From Escherichia phage ES17: a DNA stretch of 64,000 nt. The first letter of the stretch is position 1. Every line of letters starts with the position of its first letter. The DNA lies in the sequence record NC_070984.1; one strand, given 5' to 3'. This document shows positions 9,285 to 19,955 of this stretch, in pieces. The notes beneath the pieces are model-generated. The model saw only the letters and a list, made by a program, of their open reading frames with translations. It searched no databases and was not told the origin of the DNA. The position numbers were made by a program, and so were the translations under genes.

Positions 9285-9314
9285 TTTGTCTACATACAAC
9301 AAGGAGGACAACCT

Positions 9315-10067
9315 ATGGCGATGCCAGATGTGGCCTATCCGATTAACACGTATGGCTGGCTTAAGAAAGCTGTTGCCTTGTGGGCCGATCGGGACGATGA
9401 CGAATTTGTTAATCAAATTCCAAACTTTATTAACTTTGCAGAGAAAGAGGTTTATCGTAACTTACGTATTCCTCCTCTGGAAAAAGAAGTGTATTTAGAT
9501 ATTAAAGATGGAGTGGCTTATATTCCTCCTGATTACTTAGAAGCTCAATGGATGATGAGAGCCAAAGATGGTACAATCTTCCAAGTAACATCTCCTGAGG
9601 AGATAAGCTATCGGAGACAGCACGGGGCTATTAACTCTTCACATTGGAATAACCAACCTGTTAATTTTGCACGGTTTGGAGCACGTTTCTTATTCTATCC
9701 TAGAATAAATGCAGATGTTCCGCATTACCCTGATGATGGTAGTCCGATTGTTCCAGCGGAGAGTTCGGTAATCTTGAGTTATTATGCAGATCCTCCAGAA
9801 TTTCACGAAGATGGTGATACAAGTGCGATTCTTACCATTGCACCAGAGCTTCTTTTATATTTTACTCTGAGGCATGCATGTTTATTTGTTCAAGATGATA
9901 ATGGGGTTCAAAAGTGGTCTGCTTTAGGTAAGGCTATTCTTGACGAGCTAGTAGAACAGAATAAGAAACAAGAGTACTCAGGTTCACCTATTGCAATTCC
10001 GAATAACATGACTCGACTTCAGAGCAGCCTGCCTGATATTTATGGTATTCGTACTTCTCGTCTATAA
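9315..10067 (+). CDS. Virion structural protein (possible head-tail adaptor)
   Basis: 250 aa; first gene after capsid terminator and promoter motif; SD AAGGAGGA; function positional only. Confidence 0.4.
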   Translation: MAMPDVAYPINTYGWLKKAVALWADRDDDEFVNQIPNFINFAEKEVYRNLRIPPLEKEVYLDIKDGVAYIPPDYLEAQWMMRAKDGTIFQVTSPEEISYRRQHGAINSSHWNNQPVNFARFGARFLFYPRINADVPHYPDDGSPIVPAESSVILSYYADPPEFHEDGDTSAILTIAPELLLYFTLRHACLFVQDDNGVQKWSALGKAILDELVEQNKKQEYSGSPIAIPNNMTRLQSSLPDIYGIRTSRL

Positions 10068-10076
10068 GGAGATAAT

Positions 10077-13000
10077 ATGATCGTTTATAACAACCAAGCA
10101 CCTAAGAATGTTAACAATGTAGGACAATTTGGAGCTACTGAGGGAACTATTGGTGCTTATAAATCAGCAGCTGAATATGCAGCAGACTCTAAATATTGGG
10201 CATTGTTGTCCCAAACTAAATACTCCTCAGTAGAGGAGATTTTGGCTGAAGTAGAACGTCTGTATGCTCAAGGTCATCTACTGGAAGAAGACATTAAACA
10301 ACTCAAGAGTGACTTTGAGTCACAAGAACAAGTGCTCTTAGGTTTGATTCAATCCACAGGAACTGCAATTGACAACACCAATGCAGCAACTGAGCTTTCA
10401 AAAGAGGCAACTCAAAACGTTCTAGCACAACTTGACATTATCTCTAACATGACAGTTCAAACAACGCTTCTTCCTCCGGGAAGCCTAGCTACGGGGTCTT
10501 ATGATAATGCAACAGGTGTCTTTGCTTTTGGTATTCCAGAAGGTAAACCGGGGCGTGATGGTACTGACGGAACAATCGGTGATATTGGAAGCGTTCCTGT
10601 TGGTACCCCTGTTGTTGATGACTATGGTTTCTATGTAGATAAAGATGATGGTGGTTTATACCGAGCTGACATGTCAGATATTGCCAACTTGATTCCATCT
10701 GTTCGATCTGTTTCAATCAATGGCGGCGCTGAACAAACAGGTTCAGTGGTTTTTGATTCTGTCTCCACATTCAATGGACGTAAGGGTGCTGTAGTTCCTG
10801 CTACTGGAGACTACACAGCTGCTCAAGTGGGAGCTTTTAGTGTAACTAATAACCTATCCGAAATAACCGACACAAGTGCAGCTATTACAAATATTGGACT
10901 CGCTGAGCATGGGATTGGTAGCCCTACCTTAACCAAAGTGAAGGCTATGGACTGGCAAACATTTAATTTTGTCAATGGAGGTAACTATTCAGTATTAATG
11001 TCGAATATTACAAATGCCCCTGCTGAGATAAATTATCCTGCCAATTATGGGTTATATCTTGAAGTCATTGGCGTAGTTACAGGAGGAGGTGAGGTACGAG
11101 TGGTGCCAGGGACAAACAATAATAACTACTACTCAGTTTTCTCTGTAAGCTGGACTGGAGGAGTTGGTTCCCGAGTATTTACAGTACGAGAAGAGCTGTC
11201 TTCCGCTCGCCCTGTGACTATCTCTCAGGGTGGCACAGGGGCAACTACTGCAAGTGCTGCACGTACTAAACTTGGTTTAGGTTTGGTTTCCACTGAATCA
11301 ATTGTACCTATTACCAAAGGTGGTACAGGAGCTACTTCATCAGAGAATGCTCGACTAGCTCTAGTTGCAGCTAAGAGTGGTGATAACTCTGATATCACCT
11401 CGATGACCAACAAGGTTACTTTCACACAATCTCCAGTAATTCCTGATGCTGTAGATGATAATGACGCGGTTGCTTTGAGACAGTTGCATACAAGTGAAGC
11501 AGATTTGCTGGCAAGGCTGAAAAGTAGTAATGCAGGTGAAGGTGCATCCCTTATTACCTTTGAAAATGGTAATTCTGTTGAGAGTCTTTCCAGTAAAGAT
11601 GGGGCTAAAAACATTGGCAGTGGTGAGAGAAGTTTGCTTGTCCGTAACAACGACATTAAGCATTCAGGAGATTTCCCTACCTTACAAGCTGCGGTAAATG
11701 CATCGTTACCAAAAAACGACTTAATTGTTTCCCCCGGTGAATACAGTGAAGCGATTACTATTGGTAGTACACAGTTAAAGGGTGTTGGTGGAGCCACGGT
11801 ACTGAAAGCTCCGTCAAACTTTACAGACACTATTCAGGTTAAGGCATCTACGCCTCATTGGCAATTCCGCCATAGTGGTGGTTTTGCTATAGATGGTTCT
11901 GGGACAACCGGGGCTGTAGGTATTAGTTTTGACCCGACCGACCAATATGCTGGTCGTCACAACTTTAGTGACGTATACATCCATAACATTAACAAGGCCA
12001 TTCAGAAACCTTCCGGGAATATAGGTAATACATGGAAAGGCATTGGCGTGCAAGGTTGTGACTGGGGTTACTGGGCACAGTCTGCTTCTGAGATGCACTT
12101 AGGCTCTGACACCCTTCAGAACATGCACTTTGATGGTATTAGCACTTACTGTGTTTACTTGAACGCTACAACAGGAGAAGCGCCTGGTACATTCGGAGGT
12201 GGTGTAGGCGGCTGGTGGATTAAAGATAGTATTATGGAAGCCTCTGGCGGTGGTGGTATTTACCTCAAGAACAAGGATGGTGACTGCCCTACTGCCCCAT
12301 GTGGTGTATCCAATGTATGGATGGAAGCTATCGCTACTACTCCAGCTATTAATGTAGATGGTGTATCTCAGAAGCCTCGTGTCCTTAAACTTATTGATAC
12401 CAGTATCTTCTTTGCAGAGTACACATACCTTAATAACGTAGAGCTTCAGAACTCCAACCTTGTTACTTATGGCTGCCGAGTAGATAATTCAGATGGCCAC
12501 ATGGATATCTCTGTAGATGCCAACAGCAGTTTTGTGGCTGATCAATTGTACCTGAATGGTAGCTCCGGCAAAGATGTAATGGTACGTTCTGTAGCGGCTC
12601 AGACAGGCAAGATTGGGCAAAGCTGGACACCTAATATGAGTATGCGTGGATACCTGCCGGAAGGATACATCTATCGTGTACCTGGTAATAAGCTGGTAGT
12701 TAAACCCTTCGATGGAGGTACTGCTGAATTTAGTGGTACGGCAAGCAGCACTGGGAGTTTGCAGCCACAAGGCCAGTTATCTCAGAGCTGCATGTACTTC
12801 GAAATCCCTGGTGCTGCTGAGTATGAGCTTACTGGTGCTGCATTTCAGATAACTTCCGGTAACTGGTATGTATGGGGCATTAGCACTGAACTGGTACAGG
12901 GAACCCCTACAAACTTCCGCATCGGTGGAGATATCAATGTAGGTGAAGTATTTACTAAGGGGGGCCAGTGGGTGAGTACCTTTGGTGTAGCTCAGGCTAG

Positions 13001-13142
13001 TGCTTCCGGTTCAGTGAACCTGCGCCTAAGTACAGCCGGTACAGGCGGAGTAGTCCTACGCCTCGCTGATTACTTCGTAGCGGAGTTCACTACTCAGGCA
13101 GAGGCTATGCGCTTCGCTAATAGTAGACGTGCCCTGCGTTAA
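10077..13142 (+). CDS. Tail fibre / tailspike protein
   Basis: 1021 aa; N-terminal coiled coil; repeated tail-fibre motif ISQGGTGATTASAARTKLGL and ITKGGTGATSSENARLAL; central/C-terminal region with beta-helix-like pattern (NDIKHSGDFPTLQAAVNASLPKNDLIVSPGEYSEAITIG). Confidence 0.65.
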   Translation: MIVYNNQAPKNVNNVGQFGATEGTIGAYKSAAEYAADSKYWALLSQTKYSSVEEILAEVERLYAQGHLLEEDIKQLKSDFESQEQVLLGLIQSTGTAIDNTNAATELSKEATQNVLAQLDIISNMTVQTTLLPPGSLATGSYDNATGVFAFGIPEGKPGRDGTDGTIGDIGSVPVGTPVVDDYGFYVDKDDGGLYRADMSDIANLIPSVRSVSINGGAEQTGSVVFDSVSTFNGRKGAVVPATGDYTAAQVGAFSVTNNLSEITDTSAAITNIGLAEHGIGSPTLTKVKAMDWQTFNFVNGGNYSVLMSNITNAPAEINYPANYGLYLEVIGVVTGGGEVRVVPGTNNNNYYSVFSVSWTGGVGSRVFTVREELSSARPVTISQGGTGATTASAARTKLGLGLVSTESIVPITKGGTGATSSENARLALVAAKSGDNSDITSMTNKVTFTQSPVIPDAVDDNDAVALRQLHTSEADLLARLKSSNAGEGASLITFENGNSVESLSSKDGAKNIGSGERSLLVRNNDIKHSGDFPTLQAAVNASLPKNDLIVSPGEYSEAITIGSTQLKGVGGATVLKAPSNFTDTIQVKASTPHWQFRHSGGFAIDGSGTTGAVGISFDPTDQYAGRHNFSDVYIHNINKAIQKPSGNIGNTWKGIGVQGCDWGYWAQSASEMHLGSDTLQNMHFDGISTYCVYLNATTGEAPGTFGGGVGGWWIKDSIMEASGGGGIYLKNKDGDCPTAPCGVSNVWMEAIATTPAINVDGVSQKPRVLKLIDTSIFFAEYTYLNNVELQNSNLVTYGCRVDNSDGHMDISVDANSSFVADQLYLNGSSGKDVMVRSVAAQTGKIGQSWTPNMSMRGYLPEGYIYRVPGNKLVVKPFDGGTAEFSGTASSTGSLQPQGQLSQSCMYFEIPGAAEYELTGAAFQITSGNWYVWGISTELVQGTPTNFRIGGDINVGEVFTKGGQWVSTFGVAQASASGSVNLRLSTAGTGGVVLRLADYFVAEFTTQAEAMRFANSRRALR

Positions 13143-13168
13143 GAGTAATGACATTACTATAAGCAAAA

Positions 13169-13184
13169 CCCCGCTTAGGCGGGG
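13169..13184. terminator. Hairpin CCCCGC-TTAG-GCGGGG after tail fibre gene (terminator-like, weak U-tract)
   Basis: Perfect 6-bp GC stem with tetraloop 27 nt after stop; T-run interrupted. Confidence 0.4.
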
Positions 13185-13368
13185 TTAGCTTCCATAGGGT
13201 AGTTGTTTTCCCTGATGTAGTGGAATTTATCGGAGACAATGAGCTGGCTGCTTTGTTGCATTCTGATAAATAGTTCATAACTCCCCTTCGAGGCCTTTAG
13301 TAGTAAGTACCTTTAGTAAGTAATGAAACTAATATATCCCAAGAGGTTAATACATAGGAGACAGATAA

Positions 13369-13587
13369 ATGAAAATGATGAAACAAGCTGCATATGGTTT
13401 AATATGCTTAGGCGCAGGTGTTGTGGTATCCACCGCAGTTCCTGTAGGCGCAGTTCATCCATTAGTTACAGCACCTTCTCCAGTAGAGAAGCTTAGCTCT
13501 CAATGTAAACAGAGAACAATTCAAAATAACCTAGTTGTTATTTGTCCTGATGCTGAATCTAACGCTCTGAGAAAGATACTACCTTAA
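13369..13587 (+). CDS. Small secreted/membrane protein (72 aa), possible lysis-associated protein
   Basis: N-terminal hydrophobic segment AAYGLICLGAGVVVSTAVPVGAV after MKMMKQ; two Cys in C-terminal part; immediately upstream of lysozyme gene; SD TAGGAGACAG. Confidence 0.4.
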   Translation: MKMMKQAAYGLICLGAGVVVSTAVPVGAVHPLVTAPSPVEKLSSQCKQRTIQNNLVVICPDAESNALRKILP

Positions 13588-13616
13588 TTTAAAGGGACCA
13601 CAAAAGGAGGTTAGAA

Positions 13617-14108
13617 ATGGATAACGCCGCATTGCCACCTGTACAATTAAACTTAAGCCCAGCTGGAATGGAATTCATTATGAAGCATGAAGGTATGAGA
13701 ACCAAGGCTTATAAAGATTCCGCAGGCATCTGGACGATATGTGTAGGGGCTACGCGCGATATGAATGGTTATCCGGTTAGACAAGGATTAACGTATTCTA
13801 TAGAGGATTGTCTAGCTCTGCTAGATAGAGACACACAAGACTCTGTTCGTGCTACTCAGAAGAACATAAAAGTTCCTTTACTAGTTCATGAGTTTGATGC
13901 ACTCACTTCTTTCAATTTTAATGTTGGAAGTGGTGCTTTGAGCACATCTAAGTTAAGGAAGGTTATCAATGGAGATGTTAAAGGGGATATTTATTCCGAA
14001 TTTCTTCGTTGGGATAAGATAACGGTCAAGGGAGTGAAGCAGAGAAGTCAGGGTCTTCATAACAGAAGGGTTGCAGAAGCTGATCTTTATACCGAAGGTA
14101 AATATTAA
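13617..14108 (+). CDS. Lysozyme (GH24 / T4-lysozyme-like muramidase)
   Basis: 163 aa; catalytic-triad context KHEGMRTKAYKDSAGIWTICVGATRD (Glu, Asp, Thr) as in T4 lysozyme; SD AAGGAGG. Confidence 0.85.
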   Translation: MDNAALPPVQLNLSPAGMEFIMKHEGMRTKAYKDSAGIWTICVGATRDMNGYPVRQGLTYSIEDCLALLDRDTQDSVRATQKNIKVPLLVHEFDALTSFNFNVGSGALSTSKLRKVINGDVKGDIYSEFLRWDKITVKGVKQRSQGLHNRRVAEADLYTEGKY

Positions 14109-14120
14109 TGGAGGTGCCTC

Positions 14121-14924
14121 TTGGCTATTGAAACTAATGCGGTAGTAGTTACCGACTTAAACCCACTCTATCCTCGTGATAGAGATTATATCTATGAAGG
14201 TGCAGCCCAGCTGCGCCTAGTTAAGCAAGTATTACAGAACACATTCCCCAACTTAACTGAGCCTATGACTGTAAACTCTGACACACTAGCTGCTATCTCT
14301 GACAAGATCTCTTTTGCTGGTGACTATATGGATGTTGGTGGTTTGATGATTAAGAATGGTACAGCAGGTACTGGTAATAACGACTTTACCACCAAAGCCC
14401 AAATGGAATCTTTTATGCTCAACTGGATGCAGAATAAGATTTACAGGGTTGGGTCTTATTACATCACTGAGGAAGATATTAACCCGGGAGATTCTACATC
14501 TTTAGGGTTTGGTATCTGGACACAAGTTACTGGTGTTATCATGGGTGCTGGGGTTGTGACCCCTGATGGGACAGTCCCTAATGCTCAGCGTGTGGAGTTT
14601 ACTGCTGGTGCTACAGGTGGTCGTGTTTACAACACAGTTAAGACAGAGAACCTGCCATTGACTACAATCTCTGGTTCAAGTTTTTCTCTTTCTAACTATA
14701 CACACTCACATACTACATCATTTGGACGTGGAGATGCAAGTGGACATAACAGCTCACCTAACTGGTATAATCCGGGGGTTAGTTATTCTGTTGCATCAAG
14801 TTCTGATACTCACACCCACACCATTACAGGTGATGCAACATTTGGCTATGATGATGTATCTCGTCAACCTATAAATACGTTACCACCCTTCCGTGCAGCA
14901 TATATCTGGAGACGTATCAGTTAA
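14121..14924 (+). CDS. Tail fibre/collar-like structural protein
   Basis: 267 aa; apparent TTG start with SD GGAGG 6 nt upstream; His/Thr-rich SHTTSFGRGDASGH...SSSDTHTHTITGD; C-terminus NTLPPFRAAYIWRRIS resembles tail-collar domain ends. Confidence 0.45.
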   Translation: MAIETNAVVVTDLNPLYPRDRDYIYEGAAQLRLVKQVLQNTFPNLTEPMTVNSDTLAAISDKISFAGDYMDVGGLMIKNGTAGTGNNDFTTKAQMESFMLNWMQNKIYRVGSYYITEEDINPGDSTSLGFGIWTQVTGVIMGAGVVTPDGTVPNAQRVEFTAGATGGRVYNTVKTENLPLTTISGSSFSLSNYTHSHTTSFGRGDASGHNSSPNWYNPGVSYSVASSSDTHTHTITGDATFGYDDVSRQPINTLPPFRAAYIWRRIS

Positions 14925-14933
14925 GGAGGAAGT

Positions 14934-17891
14934 ATGGCTCTTTACCCAATAAAATCTTTGGGTGCGGTTGGTGTTATTGCCGACCAATCTCCTACAGATC
15001 TGGCTCCTAATGCATTTACTAATGCAATTAATGCTCGGTTTGTAGAACAGCGTGTGTTTAAGACGGGGGGCTCTGCCCCTCTTTCTTACGTTGAAAGTGA
15101 TAAAGAAATAAGACCATTATCATTCACTTCAATGCCTTTTGACTACTTCAGTGCTAACAATAGTTTCTTACTGGTAGGTACAGATAAGAGTATTTTTAGA
15201 TTAAATAATGAATCTATGGTTGATGTTAGTCGAAGAGTGGCTACAGTCACCAAAAAAGCAGTATCTTATGTCAAGATAAACCCCGTACTAACAGAGATCG
15301 TCCCTAAAGAAACATCTGTTATTATGAATCTTAATGAAAGCAAGGTTCTCGAGGTATCTCTTCTTCCAGAAGGTGTTGTTACTCCATCCCTTGTGTGGGA
15401 GGTTAGTAATCCCTCCTATGGTTCAATATTAGTTGACCCTGATGATAGTAAGAAAGCTACATTGAGTGTCTTATCTAATGAGGGTAGCTTTACTGTCACT
15501 GTCTCTAATGAAGATGAATCTGTAACTACCAGTATCTCCGTAAAGGTTGTTGATTCTGATTCTGGTATCTTCCTTAACCGGGACTCTGTTCAACTTCGTA
15601 AAGGTGGAACAACCACACTTACAGCAACAACCAGCAAGACCCCACTAACGTGGACTTCTTCTAACCCGTCCATTATATCTGTGGCGCCTAATGGTGACAC
15701 TACTACAGCAATATTAACCGCTCAAGGAGTAGGTAATGCACTGATAACAGTAAGCAATGGGTCTAAAACCTCGGAATGCTCTGTTAGTGTTATCAATCAG
15801 ATTGACAGTATATCTTTAAGTCAAACAGATTTACAAATTAACCGTGGGACGTCATATGTCTTATACTCTAGTTTAATTCCATCAAATGCTGCAAATCAGA
15901 GAATAACTTGGACTTCCTCTAACCCAAATATCGCCACTGTTTCGGGAACAGGTCTTCAAGGAACTGTCTCTGGGTTAACTGCTGGGTTTACAGTTATAAC
16001 AGCAACTACGGAAGAAGGTGAAAGGACCGCCACCTGTAACGTCAGGGTTGAGTTATCAAGTAGGGCCCTTTTTTCTGCTGCATCAGCTCCTTCTGAAGAA
16101 CCTAGTTCTACGGATTCAGATATTGACACCTCATCTATGTCAGAGGGCAATGCTTTTTATGACTATTCTATGGTTGATGGTGTTGAAGCCTATTCTATAA
16201 ATGAAGTCATGTCTAGGTCAACTCAGCTTGAATCCTTAACTCTTGACATTGTGGATACTGAAATTGATGTTGGAGATGAGTTAGTAATAACTGCAACGGC
16301 ATTCCCTGAAGGGGAGTACCTTTATAATTGGGTGGTAGATCAGCCGGGGTATATATCCTCTACTTCCACTACCGACTCTTCCTTTACCTTAACTGCTATT
16401 AAGACTGGCAAAGTGAAGATAACCTGCACTGCTAGTCAAGTAGCTCGTAGAGACTATGAAGCATTTGAGAAGTATCCTTGGTATAATACGATTATCTCTA
16501 ACTGCGCAGTATTCACTACTCACTACGAAACCCCTCAAGTAAAAGAGTTTGCCTCTGAGTATTTCACAGATCTTCCGGGGTGGGGTGAGCAGACAATAGT
16601 AGATGCTAATGGGAACCCTTCTGTTGTAAAATATAACTGGAAGTGCGAAAGGATTCGTGCATTTAATAATCGTCTATTTGCTCTTAATATGCGAGAGTCT
16701 AATGCATCAGGAGTTACTACTCACTACCCTCTTCGACTTCGCTGGTCTAACTATGCTAATGAGAATAAGGCACCTACTTTATGGGATGATTTTGCTTATG
16801 ATAGATATGTGACTTCAGATTTAGCAGCAAATGTTGTAGGTCAAACTGAGGCTCTAGAAAATGGATATGCCGGATACATAGATTTAGCTGACTCAAACGG
16901 TAGCTTAGTCGAAATTCTTCCTCTTAAGGATTATCTATTTATCTATACGGAGTTTGAGACTTACATTGGATCCCCAACTAACAACACATATCAACCTCTA
17001 ATGTTCAAGAAGCTCTTCAACGACTCTGGAATCTTAGCACCTGAGTGTGTAGTTGAAGTTGAGAGCGGACATTTCGTGGTCACTCAGAATGATGTTATTC
17101 TACACAATGGTGCAACCAAGAAGTCTATTGCATCTAACAGGGTCAAGAATATGCTTATCAACGAAGTGTGTTTAGTAAACCCTTTGGCTACTAAAGTTCA
17201 TCTTCACCAAGACAAGAAGGAAGTGTGGATTCTTTATGTAGGACCCGGAGAACCTGCTGGGAGCTTTGCTTGTACGAAAGCCGCTGTATGGAACTATGAG
17301 TTTGATACGTGGTCTTTCCGTACAATCCCATTCTCTCATTGTATTGGTTTAGTCGATCCTCCTACTTTAGAGAAAGGTCCTACTTGGGTTGATTTCCAAG
17401 AGTACACTTGGGATGACCCTTCAATCAGTGAACTTGTGTGGAGAAAGGATTCTACTAACTTCCGTCAGAGAGTTACTGTAGTAGGTTCTTGGATGAAAGG
17501 TTTTTACCAAGTGGACATAGGTCCTTATGACTACTCTTATGATAGGCTGAATGATATTGTTGTCAAAAAGCCCCTAGAGATGAGACTGGAAAGAACTGGT
17601 ATAGATTTTGACAACGTAACTAATGAATGGAATCAAAAGCACATAAACCGATTCCGTCCACAAGTAACCGGGTCAGGTACGTACATATTCCAAGCTGGTG
17701 GTAGTCAGTATTCGGATCAAGAGGATAGGCATATTCATAGTGAAAAGTCTTATACAATTGGTGTGGACAGACATGTAGGTGTCCGACTGAACCATCCGTA
17801 TCTATTCTATAATGTTATAGATAATGATGTTAACAGTAATGCAGCAATCAATGGTCTAACTATTGAGTTTGCTGTTGGCGGGCGAAGATAA
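14934..17891 (+). CDS. Large tail/virion protein with three Ig-like (Big_2) domains
   Basis: 985 aa; three Big_2-like segments (e.g. ...PLTWTSSNPSIISVAPNGDTTTAILTAQGVGNALITVSNGSKTSECSVSV); SD AAGGAGGAAG. Confidence 0.55.
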   Translation: MALYPIKSLGAVGVIADQSPTDLAPNAFTNAINARFVEQRVFKTGGSAPLSYVESDKEIRPLSFTSMPFDYFSANNSFLLVGTDKSIFRLNNESMVDVSRRVATVTKKAVSYVKINPVLTEIVPKETSVIMNLNESKVLEVSLLPEGVVTPSLVWEVSNPSYGSILVDPDDSKKATLSVLSNEGSFTVTVSNEDESVTTSISVKVVDSDSGIFLNRDSVQLRKGGTTTLTATTSKTPLTWTSSNPSIISVAPNGDTTTAILTAQGVGNALITVSNGSKTSECSVSVINQIDSISLSQTDLQINRGTSYVLYSSLIPSNAANQRITWTSSNPNIATVSGTGLQGTVSGLTAGFTVITATTEEGERTATCNVRVELSSRALFSAASAPSEEPSSTDSDIDTSSMSEGNAFYDYSMVDGVEAYSINEVMSRSTQLESLTLDIVDTEIDVGDELVITATAFPEGEYLYNWVVDQPGYISSTSTTDSSFTLTAIKTGKVKITCTASQVARRDYEAFEKYPWYNTIISNCAVFTTHYETPQVKEFASEYFTDLPGWGEQTIVDANGNPSVVKYNWKCERIRAFNNRLFALNMRESNASGVTTHYPLRLRWSNYANENKAPTLWDDFAYDRYVTSDLAANVVGQTEALENGYAGYIDLADSNGSLVEILPLKDYLFIYTEFETYIGSPTNNTYQPLMFKKLFNDSGILAPECVVEVESGHFVVTQNDVILHNGATKKSIASNRVKNMLINEVCLVNPLATKVHLHQDKKEVWILYVGPGEPAGSFACTKAAVWNYEFDTWSFRTIPFSHCIGLVDPPTLEKGPTWVDFQEYTWDDPSISELVWRKDSTNFRQRVTVVGSWMKGFYQVDIGPYDYSYDRLNDIVVKKPLEMRLERTGIDFDNVTNEWNQKHINRFRPQVTGSGTYIFQAGGSQYSDQEDRHIHSEKSYTIGVDRHVGVRLNHPYLFYNVIDNDVNSNAAINGLTIEFAVGGRR

Positions 17892-17897
17892 TACTAA

Positions 17898-17925
17898 GGG
17901 AGCTTCGTGCTCCCTTTTCTTGTTT
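17898..17925 (+). terminator. Rho-independent terminator
   Basis: GGGAGC-TTCGT-GCTCCC hairpin followed by TTTTCTTGTTT directly after stop. Confidence 0.7.
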
Positions 17926-17941
17926 ATTATAAGGAGGGTCT

Positions 17942-18910
17942 ATGGGTGCTGGTGGCTTTCGTAAGAATACCGGAAGAAACAACACAACACAACCTTATAG
18001 TGTGGGCTTTCTAAACACCTCTGAGAGTGTAGAAACCAATAACGTTGCAATATATGATGAACTCCAGAACATTAGCACTGCAACCAATCAAATGTTCCAA
18101 GCTATAGATGAAATCCACGAGGAGATTGATGTTCGTATTAAAGCTCTTCATGCTATGAATTTGCAATTCGATGAATTAGAGAACCGTGTTACAACAGAGA
18201 TTGAGACTGCCATTGCAGATATCATAACACAAATGGGTAATCTATCCACTGATGATATTTGGGATAACTCTGTTCAGCCTCCTGTTAAGTTAGATTCAAC
18301 TATGTCTGGTATTAAGACTTCTATAGAAGGCAATACAGCATCTATTCAAACTGTCGAAGGCATTGTCAATGATCAAGGACAAGAGATTGCCCTTATTCAG
18401 TCTGATTTAACTAACGGGACAGGTAGTGCTTCTCAATATATGAAACTCACTGAATATGAAGCTACTTGGGGAGTAAATTCCACAGTAAATGGAAAGACAG
18501 CAGGAGTAAAACTGACAAATAATGGTTCTGTAAGCCAATTCCAAGTCACAGCTGATAAGTTTGTGGTATCTGATGGCACATCAGGAAGTACTCCCTTCAA
18601 GGTTGAGAATGGAAGGGCTGTTATGGAGTTTGCTGATATTACTAATGTCAATATTACAACAGCTCAAATAGCAACAGCTAGGATTGAATGGGCACAGATT
18701 GATAATGTTAGTATAACAAATGCACAAATCACAAGTCTCTCCGCTGATAAGATAACGGCTGGGTCTATGTCAGGGACTAATTGGCGTCTTACAGTTGGCG
18801 GTGACTTTGTTTTAGGTGGAACAGGTGGTGCACAATTATGGATGAATGGAAACAGAATAGATTTCTACGACGGAAGTGGTGCTCTAAGAATTAGAATAGG
18901 GAGTTGGTAA
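17942..18910 (+). CDS. Virion structural protein (322 aa)
   Basis: SD AAGGAGGG; coiled-coil N-terminus, beta-rich C-terminus; within structural operon. Confidence 0.45.
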   Translation: MGAGGFRKNTGRNNTTQPYSVGFLNTSESVETNNVAIYDELQNISTATNQMFQAIDEIHEEIDVRIKALHAMNLQFDELENRVTTEIETAIADIITQMGNLSTDDIWDNSVQPPVKLDSTMSGIKTSIEGNTASIQTVEGIVNDQGQEIALIQSDLTNGTGSASQYMKLTEYEATWGVNSTVNGKTAGVKLTNNGSVSQFQVTADKFVVSDGTSGSTPFKVENGRAVMEFADITNVNITTAQIATARIEWAQIDNVSITNAQITSLSADKITAGSMSGTNWRLTVGGDFVLGGTGGAQLWMNGNRIDFYDGSGALRIRIGSW

Positions 18911-18911
18911 T

Positions 18912-19943
18912 ATGGCATATGGAATATGGACACAACCAGTAGGGCCGGGGCCAGCAACCCCCGCTCCCTTGTTTATTGATAGCGGAAGTACTTTCCCTCA
19001 GTTCAAGAATAGTATAAGAGGGAGCTTTAACTTTAATGGAGCTGGGAGATCTTTCCCTATTAGTGGATGGGATGGCAGTGGTCAGATAGTTATTGTTCCT
19101 ACCGGTTCTTTATGCTGGCAATGGGAAGTCCCTCCTAACCTAGTTCCTGATGTTTATTGTGTGAATAATATCTATGTAGAAAACAACTCCTCTTTTAGAG
19201 TTACTCTGAATCAGAACCCCGGTAGTAATCCACTATTCGATTGTGGGTTCAACGTATATCAAATATGGCCTAGAGCGGATAGGAATTATGGAATTACCTT
19301 TTCTAATACAGCAGACTACTTCTCAATATCTGACAGTGGGGTCGTCGGTCAATGTATTTGGGCTTGGCAGGGGACCATAAACAATGCCCTTCAGATACCA
19401 AATATCGGTGGGTTCAATATGACCAATGCTGTTGTGTTTGCTAATTGGTCTGATGGAGGGGTAGGACTATCTTATACCTCTGATGACAGGGTTATTCGCG
19501 TCTATCAGAACAGACCCTATGTCAACGGAAACACTAATGAAGGAGGGTCTGTCTTTGCGAGGGTTGCCGTATTCTGTAACGGAGCTGGTGTTCCTGAGCA
19601 TAATGGAGGTTTGAATATTTACTCTCCGGGTACCACACAATGTGTCTTCTCTACTAACAGAACACCTTTCACTGTGGATACTTTTATAGGATCAGGAGGT
19701 GGTAACACGGGAATGTCATACCCCATGATACCTCTTACCTCTGGGATAGGTGCAATAAAAGGCCGAGGCAGTGGATGGAGATATCAGCAAATGAGATCTC
19801 ACACAATGAGTGGTTCTACGATAGGAACTGGCTATGGAAGGTATTTGTTTCAGTGGGATCAAAATTACGACCTAGGAGCTGATACTGTAGTTAATTTATC
19901 AGTCCCTGTAATAAATGCAGCTAAGGTTTTTGCTGGACTATAA
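18912..19943 (+). CDS. Virion structural protein (343 aa)
   Basis: Gly/Asn-rich beta-type sequence; translationally coupled to upstream gene. Confidence 0.45.
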   Translation: MAYGIWTQPVGPGPATPAPLFIDSGSTFPQFKNSIRGSFNFNGAGRSFPISGWDGSGQIVIVPTGSLCWQWEVPPNLVPDVYCVNNIYVENNSSFRVTLNQNPGSNPLFDCGFNVYQIWPRADRNYGITFSNTADYFSISDSGVVGQCIWAWQGTINNALQIPNIGGFNMTNAVVFANWSDGGVGLSYTSDDRVIRVYQNRPYVNGNTNEGGSVFARVAVFCNGAGVPEHNGGLNIYSPGTTQCVFSTNRTPFTVDTFIGSGGGNTGMSYPMIPLTSGIGAIKGRGSGWRYQQMRSHTMSGSTIGTGYGRYLFQWDQNYDLGADTVVNLSVPVINAAKVFAGL

Positions 19944-19955
19944 CAAGGAGATATT

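Noticed and set aside
9268-9498. 76-aa + strand ORF overlapping the promoter motif and the start of gene 9315..10067
   Set aside because: Out-of-frame overlap with a better-initiated gene; it begins inside the promoter-like element and has no SD.
11225-11830. 201-aa - strand ORF (plus 11361..11663 and 11814..12098) inside the tail fibre gene
   Set aside because: Antisense to the 1021-aa tail fibre gene with recognisable motifs; low-complexity Ser/Ala/Leu-rich translation typical of spurious antisense frames.
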